Shown: in pieces, positions 19,420 through 27,777 of the stretch
Numbering within the stretch: the first letter of the stretch is position 1
Layout of the letters: each line of letters begins with the position of its first letter
NCBI GenBank assembly: GCA_042584585.1
Contig: JBHOSQ010000001.1
Span: forward strand, 32,001-96,000
Origin: an archaeon
Lineage (GTDB): Archaea > B1Sed10-29 > WALL01
Direction of reading: 5' to 3'
Length of the DNA: 64,000 nt
The notes under the pieces: generated by a model
Seen by the model: the letters and a program-made list of their open reading frames with translations, nothing else
What the model was told of the DNA's origin: nothing
Database searches by the model: none
Made by a program: the position numbers and the translations under genes

Positions 19420-20043
19420 ATGATTATAGACCTAGAGACACGGCGGCAGGCAGTACACCTGTTTTCCGGATTGTTCTTTGCTTCCGTTGTCCACTTGACG
19501 ACAATGGAGGAAGGTTTCGCTTTCCTTGGAATCGCGGCGCTCCTGACGTTCGCGTTCTCAAAAATGATTAAGGGCGGAAAAAAGGTTCCGTTCTTGTCGT
19601 GGCTGGTCGACAAGACCGAGCGCAAGGGCAAGCCGCCCGCGTCCGGGGTCACTTGGTACTTCCTTGGAGTGCTGTTTATTTTCGTGGCGTCAATGTACTT
19701 GGGCATCGCAAAAGAGTTTGTGGTCGCCGCCATGCTAATCGTCGCGATTGGCGACTCGATTTGCACTGGGCTCGGAAGAAAAATCGGGCGCAAGAAACTG
19801 CCGCGCACTAAAACAAAAAGCTACGAGGGGAGCCTCGTCGGTTTCGGCGCAGCGTTTTTCGGAGCGGCTTTTGTTTTGAAATTGTTGTTGCCGACGACTG
19901 AGGCAATGATAATCGCTGGCGCGGGCGCAATCGTGGGAATGATTGCGGAAGCGTACCTGACAATGATTGACGACAACCTGTCAATCCCAATCCTGGCGTG
20001 GCTAGCAATGGTAATTGCCGCCAGTGTGATTGGCGCGCTATAA
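19420..20043 (+). CDS. Dolichol/phytol kinase-like (SEC59/CTP_transf family) membrane protein
   Basis: RQAVH, AIGDS, GRK, KSYEGS, DDNLSIP. Confidence 0.88.
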   Translation: MIIDLETRRQAVHLFSGLFFASVVHLTTMEEGFAFLGIAALLTFAFSKMIKGGKKVPFLSWLVDKTERKGKPPASGVTWYFLGVLFIFVASMYLGIAKEFVVAAMLIVAIGDSICTGLGRKIGRKKLPRTKTKSYEGSLVGFGAAFFGAAFVLKLLLPTTEAMIIAGAGAIVGMIAEAYLTMIDDNLSIPILAWLAMVIAASVIGAL

Positions 20044-20085
20044 CACGCCTGCTTTTTTAATTGCAAACTTCATAGAGTATCAGTA

Positions 20086-21345
20086 ATGGGCATGCATGAG
20101 TTCAGGCAGCGTTACGGCAGGGGCATAAGTGCATCACCCATCGAATTGCATTCCCGCATCGAGGGATACATTGGGAACTTGTCAAGAAAAGGCACGCAGC
20201 GAGCCACGCGGGACATAGAGCTCATTCGTGACATCCAAGACTATGACAGGCGAGGAACGCCTTTGGATTATATCACGCTTCAGGCCCACCTCGTTGAGGA
20301 AGCTGGGACACGTGACGGCGATGCGTTAAAGCCCTACGCCAACACTTTTTCCAGCCTCTGCAGGAAACAAGATTTTTTCACTGGTCAGGAGAAACAGACC
20401 CCGATTGTCAAGGGCAAGGCGTACATACACTTTAGCGGGGTTTGTAGCAGGAATCTCTTGAAGCGCATTCCGGATTTGCTGAAAAAGAAAAAAACGCCAA
20501 TCACGATTCCTGAGATGATGGAGTCGCTCTCACTGGAGAACAAGAGCTACGACAAGAGCTCACTAATCACAGCACTCAATGTTTTGGACGTGCTGGGCGT
20601 GGTGAACAAGCTACCGTTGCACTCGACCGCGGGAAAGGCAAAGCACTTCAGTTACGTGCACGCGGATTACGCGATGCCGTTGCCCACCGAAAACTGTCCG
20701 TTTTCAATAATGCAGGCGTTGTACGACGGGCCAAAAGGAAAAACTGACATCACGCGCCACGCCTCGATGCAGAAGTTTGAGTTCCTCCAGCAGTACACCC
20801 CCACTACACCTTACAAGGGAGCGGATACGCAGGTCGCGGAAATAAACCACGCTATCAGCGGGCTGGCCGACGAGGGACTTATCACGTTCAAGAAAGCGCC
20901 CCCGTCAAAGAAAGGAATCAAGTTCCTTTACACACTCACGCGCACAGGCAAGCGGCTCATGAAAAAAGCCTTGGAGACCGAAGAACTAAGCGAAGAGTTC
21001 CGCCAAAAGCTGCTTGGGACCAAGCAATACGAAAAGCTAACCAAAATGGAAAAGGGCCGTGTTGCAGAGATCACCAGATGGGCCAACATAATGATGACTG
21101 CCGAGCAAATAGCCGAGCCCAGTGAAGGCGGAACCAGGCGGAAGAGAGGGACGGGCGCACTCGCGGTCGCCAAAAAGCTGAAGATGAGCAGGAGGTACGT
21201 CCAAAACGTGATGGAGATTGGCTCGCGCCCAGCCACCCTAACCCGCTCAGGGCCAGAGCGGCTGGAACGGATACTATTTCACATCCCCTCCCCAGAGATT
21301 AAGCTGTGGCTCACTGACTACTTGAAGAAAAACAAGATGCTATAG
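20086..21345 (+). CDS. Basic orphan with probable winged-helix domains
   Basis: ITIPEMMESL...ALNVLDVLGVVNK and AISGLADEGLI...YTLTRTGKRL wHTH-like patterns. Confidence 0.65.
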   Translation: MGMHEFRQRYGRGISASPIELHSRIEGYIGNLSRKGTQRATRDIELIRDIQDYDRRGTPLDYITLQAHLVEEAGTRDGDALKPYANTFSSLCRKQDFFTGQEKQTPIVKGKAYIHFSGVCSRNLLKRIPDLLKKKKTPITIPEMMESLSLENKSYDKSSLITALNVLDVLGVVNKLPLHSTAGKAKHFSYVHADYAMPLPTENCPFSIMQALYDGPKGKTDITRHASMQKFEFLQQYTPTTPYKGADTQVAEINHAISGLADEGLITFKKAPPSKKGIKFLYTLTRTGKRLMKKALETEELSEEFRQKLLGTKQYEKLTKMEKGRVAEITRWANIMMTAEQIAEPSEGGTRRKRGTGALAVAKKLKMSRRYVQNVMEIGSRPATLTRSGPERLERILFHIPSPEIKLWLTDYLKKNKML

Positions 21346-21357
21346 CATGCTCTTTAT

Positions 21358-21414
21358 CAGCCCTTTTTCTGTTACTCGCTAGCGCTCGCTCGATGAAAAA
21401 GCGCTGGCGGAAAA
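21358..21414. repeat. Intergenic repeat family B, copy 1
   Basis: cagccctttttctgttac...cgatgaaaaagcgctggcggaaaa; matches 27168-27229. Confidence 0.75.
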
Positions 21415-21416
21415 GC

Positions 21417-21878
21417 TCAAAGCATGCTTTTTATCAAGTCACTTCGCGTGACGAGGCCCACCAATTTGTCGTCCTCGATTACTGGGACGTGTGTGAGGTT
21501 TGCTTCGGTCATCAAGTCCGCGACTTCCGACACGTGGGTCGACGGAGCGACTGTCACGACTTCTGGGCTCATGACTGTTTCTGCCGTTGCCTTGCGGAGC
21601 TTCTCGAACTCCTTGCGGACCTCGTAGACCTCTTGCTTGGCGTCAAGGACTGCCTCGATGAAGTCGAAGGGCGCGGGGAGCCAAAGCTTGCCGCCGAACT
21701 CGTGGAGTTCCATGAAGTCCAGCAGGTCATATTCCGTGATGATGCCGACCAACTGGTGCTTTTTGACGACGGGCACGCCGCGAATGCGATGCTTCCTGAA
21801 CAATTCCACGACCTCGTGGACCGTAGTGTCCGCATCAACCGTTTTTGGGTTTTTGGTCATAATCTCCTTGACAAGCAT
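21417..21878 (-). CDS. CBS-pair protein
   Basis: MLVKEIMT...GVPVV...VGIITEYDL and VMS...VPVI...VGLVTRSDL. Confidence 0.93.
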   Translation of the reverse strand: MLVKEIMTKNPKTVDADTTVHEVVELFRKHRIRGVPVVKKHQLVGIITEYDLLDFMELHEFGGKLWLPAPFDFIEAVLDAKQEVYEVRKEFEKLRKATAETVMSPEVVTVAPSTHVSEVADLMTEANLTHVPVIEDDKLVGLVTRSDLIKSML

Positions 21879-21944
21879 GAAAAACCGTTACTATCCAAAA
21901 GTATTTAAACCATAACCATTACAATACTCGCCTTGGTGGTTACC

Positions 21945-22232
21945 ATGAAAGTAAACGAACTACAAGTAAGGCAGGCATGCGACAGCATCGAACTGGAAAT
22001 CGTCGACTTGGACGAGCCCAGGGAATGGAGCAACGCCCGCGGAAACGGCAATGTGTGCAGCGCCACAGCAAAGGACGACACCGGCGAAGTCAAGATCACC
22101 CTTTGGAACGACGACATCGGAAAAGTCAAGAAAGGCGACAAGATTATCATTGAAAACGGATGGGTAGGCGAATACCAGGGCGACAAGCAACTGTCAACCG
22201 GGCGATTCGGCAAGCTCACCGTCAAAGAATAA
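21945..22232 (+). CDS. Single OB-fold ssDNA-binding protein (SSB/RPA-like)
   Basis: DDTGEVKITLWND, KKGDKIIIENGWVGEYQG, LSTGRFGKL. Confidence 0.9.
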   Translation: MKVNELQVRQACDSIELEIVDLDEPREWSNARGNGNVCSATAKDDTGEVKITLWNDDIGKVKKGDKIIIENGWVGEYQGDKQLSTGRFGKLTVKE

Positions 22233-22296
22233 TCGCCTCTGCCTCTGGAGGCCTTGTGCCTCCAAGTCTAACGTGCCAGCTGAGTTTCAGCTGTAA

Positions 22297-22920
22297 TCAG
22301 CCAAGAATCGTGTCCAGAAGCTCGTACGCCTTTAGGGCGTCCTTCTTCTCCAGGACAAACACTGTGTCAGTATAGCACGAATAATATTCCCTAATGTTAA
22401 TGCCGTCACGGGCCAACAATTCGGTCAGGAAGGCAACCCACCCCGGCGTCGACTCAATCCCCTCCGGCGAAGTCAACATCAAAATGTACTGGTTTTTTGC
22501 CGACTCAATCACGTTCTTCGCGCCGATTGCCGTCTTTACCTCACCCAAATTCTTTTGGTTAATTATCAAAGTGATGGCGCTAGCAGAGCTAATCATCGAA
22601 AACTCCGTGCCCAAAATCTTTGAGACCTTCTGCGCCGCAAGCAGCGAGTCAAGCGAAGGCCGCAGAATCAAAACCGCCACATCGCTCTTCAAAACCAACT
22701 GCGTCCCCGAAAACAACTTCTTCAATCCCTTTGAGTAGTCGTGGTACTCCAGCTGCTCCGCGTACCGGCGCACCGCCGCCTTTACAGCCGCTTCGCCGGC
22801 CTTGACGCCCAATTTCTTGGCAATCGCCGAATGGTTCGCGATGCCGTACTTGATTGCCTGCTTCATGTACGGGTTCGCGTCCAACGCAGCGAAAACCTGC
22901 TTAGTCACACTTTGTTTCAT
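22297..22920 (-). CDS. N-terminal HTH-like plus C-terminal ACT-domain protein (putative amino-acid-sensing regulator)
   Basis: GIANHSAIAKKL...AVKAAVRRY; TPGWVAFLTELLARDGINIREYYSCYTDTVFVL ACT pattern. Confidence 0.8.
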   Translation of the reverse strand: MKQSVTKQVFAALDANPYMKQAIKYGIANHSAIAKKLGVKAGEAAVKAAVRRYAEQLEYHDYSKGLKKLFSGTQLVLKSDVAVLILRPSLDSLLAAQKVSKILGTEFSMISSASAITLIINQKNLGEVKTAIGAKNVIESAKNQYILMLTSPEGIESTPGWVAFLTELLARDGINIREYYSCYTDTVFVLEKKDALKAYELLDTILG

Positions 22921-22965
22921 TCTATACACCTTTTGTCTATTCTGCGTCATTTATGCCGAAAATGA

Positions 22966-23040
22966 TATATAAAGATTTCGGGACAATATGGGCATGGGCT
23001 CTGGAAGTCCGATTGCAGAGAGGCGCTGAAGCGCCCCTGG
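22966..23040 (+). promoter_or_regulatory. TATA box plus candidate leader uORF (MGSGSPIAERR*) and hairpin upstream of argG
   Basis: tatataaa at 22966-22973; ATG at 22988 and 22994 to TGA at 23029; ggcgc-tgaa-gcgcc stem. Confidence 0.4.
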
Positions 23041-23068
23041 TTCTATGTAGCGTGTGGGGTTGAACAAA

Positions 23069-24298
23069 ATGGATTTAGTTGAAAAAATAAAGTCAAAAGT
23101 TGTTGCGGGCCAGTACGATGGCGTGGAAAAAGTGGTCCTCGCGTACAGTGGTGGGGTCGACACGAGCGTCATGATCCCGCTAATCCAGGACGTGTGCGGC
23201 GCGGAAGTCGTCGCGGTCACGATTGGATTGGGGCAGGAAGAGTACAGCGGCAGCGGCTGGAAAAAAGCGAAGGAAAAGGCAGAAGTCCTTGACGCGAAGT
23301 ACTACTTTTTTGACGCGACCCAGGAGTTTGTGGAGGGCCCGTGCTGGCAGGCCGTGAAGGCGAACTGTTTGTACCAGGGGACGTACCCGAATTCCACTGC
23401 GCTGGGACGGCCGATTATTGTCGAGAAGCTAGTGGAGGTCGCGCAGCAGGAGGGCGCGGACGCAATTGCACACGGCTGCACCGGAAAAGGAAACGACCAG
23501 GTGCGCTTCGACGTTTGCATTCACTCGCTGATGCCGGAAGCGAAAATAATCGCGCCGGTGCGTGACTGGAACTTGGGCCGCGACGAGGAAATCGTGTGGG
23601 CCACGAGCCAGGGAATTCATTTGCCGGTGAAGGCGCACAGCCCTTACTCGGTGGACAGCAACATTTGGGGCAAGTCAAGCGAGTGCGGGCCGCTGGAGAA
23701 CCCGGCGAATGAGCCGCCAGAAGACGTGTTCGACTGGGTGGCGCTGCCCGAAAACACGCCGGACGTTCCCGAGACGGTTACTGTCAAGTTCGAGGGCGGG
23801 CAGCCGGTCGGCGGCGTGGAGACGCTCAAGAAATTGAACGAGTTGGGCGCGAAGCACGGCATCGGAATAATTGACGCCATGGAGGACCGGACAATCGGGC
23901 TGAAGAGCCGTGAGATTTACGAGTGCCCGGGCTCGACGATGCTGCTCAACGCGCACAAGGACCTGGAGAAGTACGTGTTCACGAAGGAAGAGAACCACTT
24001 CAAGCCGTTCGTCGACAAGCAGTGGGCCGAGATGGTCTACTACGGGCTGTGGTTCAACCCATTGATGGACTCGATGAACGCGTTTATCGACGAGTCGCAG
24101 AAAAAGGTGACGGGCGAAGTGACGCTGAAGCTGTTCAAAGGCCAGGCAAAAGTAGTCGGAAGAAAGAGCGGCAACGCGATTTACGACCACGACCTGATCA
24201 AGTACTCGGCGGACAGCTCGTTCGACCAATTGCACTCACACGGGTTTATCAAGCTGTGGGGGTTGAACACCGTAACGGCCAAGAAGGTGATGGTGTGA
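23069..24298 (+). CDS. argG: Argininosuccinate synthase
   Basis: VVLAYSGGVDTS, AHGCTGKGNDQVRF, YSVDSNIWG, KSREIYECP. Confidence 0.97.
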   Translation: MDLVEKIKSKVVAGQYDGVEKVVLAYSGGVDTSVMIPLIQDVCGAEVVAVTIGLGQEEYSGSGWKKAKEKAEVLDAKYYFFDATQEFVEGPCWQAVKANCLYQGTYPNSTALGRPIIVEKLVEVAQQEGADAIAHGCTGKGNDQVRFDVCIHSLMPEAKIIAPVRDWNLGRDEEIVWATSQGIHLPVKAHSPYSVDSNIWGKSSECGPLENPANEPPEDVFDWVALPENTPDVPETVTVKFEGGQPVGGVETLKKLNELGAKHGIGIIDAMEDRTIGLKSREIYECPGSTMLLNAHKDLEKYVFTKEENHFKPFVDKQWAEMVYYGLWFNPLMDSMNAFIDESQKKVTGEVTLKLFKGQAKVVGRKSGNAIYDHDLIKYSADSSFDQLHSHGFIKLWGLNTVTAKKVMV

Positions 24299-25521
24299 AG
24301 GTATGGAGCAAGAACGGCGAAGACGTTTCGAAGAGTATTGAAGAGTTCACGGCGGGAAAGGACGTCGAGCTCGACAAGCAGCTCTTGAAGTACGACGTAG
24401 CGGCAAGCATTGCGCACGCCAAGATGCTTCACAAGATTGGCGTGGTCAGCGAAGAGGAGTTAAATGAATTGCTGGCGGCGCTGGAAAAGGCGAAGTCGAT
24501 GGAGTTGGACCCGGCGCTCGAGGACGTGCACGCAAACGTCGAGGCGTTCGTCACGAAAGAAACCCCAGCGGGGAAAAAGCTGCACACCGCGCGCTCGCGG
24601 AACGATTTGGTTGCTACTGACATGCTGTTGTACAGCAAGGAAAAATTAGTGGAAACAGTGAAGGTCTTGAAGGAGTTGGCGGGGGAACTGCAAGCCCTCC
24701 CGCCTCTCCCCGTGCCCGGATTCACGCACATGCAGAAGGCCATGCCGACGACGCTGGAGCACTGGGGGTGCAGCCACGCGGAGTCCTTGGTGAACGACTG
24801 CGAGTACATTGATGCGACGATTAAAGTTATTGACAAGTGCCCGCTCGGCGCGTGCGCGGGTTTTGGGTCCGTGTTTCCTGTGGACCGTGAGATGCTCGCG
24901 GAAGAGCTCGGGTTTTCGGGCGTGCACTGGAACACCCTTAGTGCTGTTAATTCGCGCGGCAAGAATTCCTCCTTTGCTTTGAACGCGCTGGCGGCGGTAG
25001 GCCTTGACTTAAGTAAGTTGGCTCAGGACCTACTGCTGCTTTATTTATTGGACATGGTGTCGTTCGACGACAGCGTGTGCACTGGTAGCAGCGTGATGCC
25101 GCAAAAAAAGAATTGTGACGCGCTTGAATTGGTGAAGGCGAAGGCCAGCGTGGTCATGGGGCTGCAGGCCGCGATGCTCGGGGTTTGCGTTGGGCTGCCG
25201 TCGGGATACAACCGTGACGAGCAAGAAACCAAAAAGCTGTTGATGCAGGCGTTCGGCGAAATCATTCCCGCCGTGAAAGCGGTGTCGGAGGTTGTGGCGG
25301 CCATGGAGCCACACCCCGACAAGATGCTTGCCGGGTGCAGCGAAGAAGTTCTTGCTACTGACAAGGCCGCGCTCGAGGCGTTGAAGGGAACGCCGTGGCG
25401 TGACGCGTACAAAAGCAACGCGGGCAGCATTTCTGTGGAGGACAGCATTGGAATGAAAAAAGTGCAGGGCTTCCCGGGAAACCCCTCGAAACCATTAAAA
25501 AAGACGGAAACGAAGTCTTAG
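24295..25521 (+). CDS. argH: Argininosuccinate lyase
   Basis: EDVH, LHTARSRND, PGFTHMQKAMP, TGSSVMPQKKN, LPSGYNRD; GTG start overlapping the argG stop. Confidence 0.95.
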   Translation: MKVWSKNGEDVSKSIEEFTAGKDVELDKQLLKYDVAASIAHAKMLHKIGVVSEEELNELLAALEKAKSMELDPALEDVHANVEAFVTKETPAGKKLHTARSRNDLVATDMLLYSKEKLVETVKVLKELAGELQALPPLPVPGFTHMQKAMPTTLEHWGCSHAESLVNDCEYIDATIKVIDKCPLGACAGFGSVFPVDREMLAEELGFSGVHWNTLSAVNSRGKNSSFALNALAAVGLDLSKLAQDLLLLYLLDMVSFDDSVCTGSSVMPQKKNCDALELVKAKASVVMGLQAAMLGVCVGLPSGYNRDEQETKKLLMQAFGEIIPAVKAVSEVVAAMEPHPDKMLAGCSEEVLATDKAALEALKGTPWRDAYKSNAGSISVEDSIGMKKVQGFPGNPSKPLKKTETKS

Positions 25522-25524
25522 GGT

Positions 25525-27165
25525 ATGCTTGAGCTCAAGCGCGAGGCGGCAAAGGTTTTGTCGGAAGCGACCGGGAAAACAGTGACTGTGGAGAGCCTCA
25601 GCCCTGCGCCGAAGCCAGAGATGGGCTTTTTCTCCAGCCGCGTGGCTTTTGAGTTGGGTGGAAACCCGGCGGAAAAGGCGAAGGAAGTCGCCGCGAAAAT
25701 CAAGAGCCCGCTGTTCACGGCAAAGGCGATTGGGCCGTACGTCAATTTTTTTCCTTCTGAAGATTACTCAAAGCAATTAGCCGAAAAGATTCTTGCCGAA
25801 CGGGATGCTTACGGCAAGGGCGAAAAGAAAAAAGAAAAAGTAATGGTCGAGTACTCGCAGCCGAACACGCACAAGGCTTTTCACATTGGGCATATCCGCG
25901 GGACGAGTTTGGGGTATTCGCTTGCGGAGATTATGGAGCACGCCGGGTATGAGGTAGTAAAAGCAAACTACCAGGGAGACGTGGGCGCGCACATCGCGAA
26001 GTGCTTGTGGGCGATGCAAAAGTTCCACGCCGGCGAAGAGCCGCCGGCCGCGAAGGGCAAGTGGCTCGCCGAGATTTACCGCGAGGCGAACCAGAAACTA
26101 AAGGACAATCCGGATTACGAGGAAGAGGTCAAGGCCGTCTTCCACAAAATGTTTTTCGACAAGGACCCGGAATTGACGAAATTGTGGCAGGAGACGCGGC
26201 AGTGGAGCCTGGACGAGTTTGAAGGGATTTACAAGGAAATGGGCGTTTCGTTTGACGTGAACTTCTTTGAGTCGCAGGTGGAGAACGAAGGCGTCAAAAT
26301 CGTGAACAAGATGCTTGCGGACGGCCTCGCCAAGAAAGACGATGGCGCGATTATCATTGACTTGGACAAGCTTGGGGTATTTTTGCTGTTGCGGAGCGAC
26401 GGCACGCCGCTTTACTCGACGAAGGACATCGAGCTTGCGGCAAAGAAGTTCAAGGAGTACAAGGTCGACAAAAGCATTTACGTCACCGGCTCCGAGCAGA
26501 AGCATTACTTCCAGCAGTTGTTCAAGGCGCTTGAGGTGATGGGGTTCGAGCAGGCAAAGAAGTGCGTGCACATCCCGTTCGAATTGGTCATGCTTCCCGA
26601 GGGAAAAATGCAGACGCGGGAAGGAACAGTTATTTTTTACGAAGACTTCGCGAAGGAAGCGAAGGACCGGGCCTTGAAGGAAGTGCAGGCAAAGAACCCC
26701 GACTTGGAGGACAAGGAAGGCGTCGCGCGTGCGGTGGGGATTGGCGCCATTAAATATTCAATGTTAAAAGTATCGAACACGAAGACGATTGTGTTCGACT
26801 GGGAAAAGGCTTTGTCGTTCGAGGGAGAGACCGCGCCGTACATTCAGTACGCGAACGTGCGTTGCCACAGCATTTTGGAAAAGGCGGGGAAGAAAGGAAA
26901 AGCCGGCACAGTAAATGCACCTGAGTTGATTTACGAATTGTCGCGGTTTGATGACGTTGTTGCGGAGGCCGCGAAGGAGTATTCCCCTCACGTTCTCGCG
27001 CTGTACGCTTATTCGTTGGCGGACGCGTTCAGCGGGTTTTACACGAAGCAGCAGGTAATCGGCAGCGACGACGAGGACGCATTATTGGCCCTCGTGGAAG
27101 CGGCGAGCGTTGTTTTGGAGAACACGCTGCGGCTTCTTGGCATCGAGGCGCCGAGAAGAATGTAA
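25525..27165 (+). CDS. argS: Arginine--tRNA ligase
   Basis: VEYSQPNTHKAFHIGH, KMQTREG, FEGETAPYIQYA, C-terminal LGI..P.RM. Confidence 0.97.
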   Translation: MLELKREAAKVLSEATGKTVTVESLSPAPKPEMGFFSSRVAFELGGNPAEKAKEVAAKIKSPLFTAKAIGPYVNFFPSEDYSKQLAEKILAERDAYGKGEKKKEKVMVEYSQPNTHKAFHIGHIRGTSLGYSLAEIMEHAGYEVVKANYQGDVGAHIAKCLWAMQKFHAGEEPPAAKGKWLAEIYREANQKLKDNPDYEEEVKAVFHKMFFDKDPELTKLWQETRQWSLDEFEGIYKEMGVSFDVNFFESQVENEGVKIVNKMLADGLAKKDDGAIIIDLDKLGVFLLLRSDGTPLYSTKDIELAAKKFKEYKVDKSIYVTGSEQKHYFQQLFKALEVMGFEQAKKCVHIPFELVMLPEGKMQTREGTVIFYEDFAKEAKDRALKEVQAKNPDLEDKEGVARAVGIGAIKYSMLKVSNTKTIVFDWEKALSFEGETAPYIQYANVRCHSILEKAGKKGKAGTVNAPELIYELSRFDDVVAEAAKEYSPHVLALYAYSLADAFSGFYTKQQVIGSDDEDALLALVEAASVVLENTLRLLGIEAPRRM

Positions 27166-27167
27166 AG

Positions 27168-27229
27168 CAGCCCTTTTCCTGTTACAGGGGCACAAGGCCC
27201 CTGAACGGTGGAAAAGCGCTGGCGGAAAA
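27168..27229. repeat. Intergenic repeat family B, copy 2
   Basis: cagcccttttcctgttac-aggggcacaaggcccctgaa-cggtggaaaagcgctggcggaaaa. Confidence 0.75.
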
Positions 27230-27264
27230 ACCTTTTAAAGCGTGCAGTCAAAATAAGTGGTTAC

Positions 27265-27339
27265 GGGCTCGTAGCCTAGTCTGGATAAGGCACCGGCCTT
27301 CTAAGCCGGCGATCGAGGGTTCAAATCCCTCCGGGCCCG
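27265..27339 (+). tRNA. tRNA-Arg(UCU)
   Basis: GGGCTCG/CGGGCCC acceptor stem; CCGGC-CT-TCT-AA-GCCGG; GAGGG-TTCAAAT-CCCTC; TATA-like ttttaaa upstream. Confidence 0.96.
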
Positions 27340-27351
27340 CTGAGTTTCTCC

Positions 27352-27400
27352 CTATTCTGGGGGGGCGTCGGTTGACGCCCCCCAAATAGAATTTTTGTTT
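27352..27400 (+). terminator. Strong hairpin plus T-tract after tRNA-Arg
   Basis: ggggggcgtc-ggtt-gacgcccccc followed by tttttgttttt. Confidence 0.6.
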
Positions 27401-27478
27401 TTAAGGGGCTAGTTTTGCAAAAATGGCGTAACCTTTATAAATGAAAACCCCTTTTTAAAGCTCGGGTATGGTGGGATT

Positions 27479-27766
27479 ATGTCTCTTGGAAGTTTTGAGA
27501 CACGCCTAGTGGCGTCAGCGAAGCTAACATCCATGGAAAAATATGGGTGGGCTTACAACGAAGACTTATTAGTCGTAAAGGGAATGCTGGGTGACGAAGT
27601 CGAAATAATCGACGACGGAACCGGCATAATCAAAATACGCGATAGCCTCGCAGAGTATACAGTGCACATACGTGACTACCAAAAAAAGATTGAGTCCACC
27701 TCCATACCCACTGCGCCGGAGCGCGAGGGCAAGTACATTTCGGTGTGGGACGTCGCGAACCACTAA
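27479..27766 (+). CDS. Small hypothetical protein
   Basis: 95 aa ORF filling the gap; tttataaa upstream. Confidence 0.55.
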   Translation: MSLGSFETRLVASAKLTSMEKYGWAYNEDLLVVKGMLGDEVEIIDDGTGIIKIRDSLAEYTVHIRDYQKKIESTSIPTAPEREGKYISVWDVANH

Positions 27767-27777
27767 CCCTTGAGTGC

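Noticed and set aside
23923-24294. N-terminal extension of ArgH given in the ORF track
   Set aside because: Overlaps argG out of frame; the real start is the GTG at 24295
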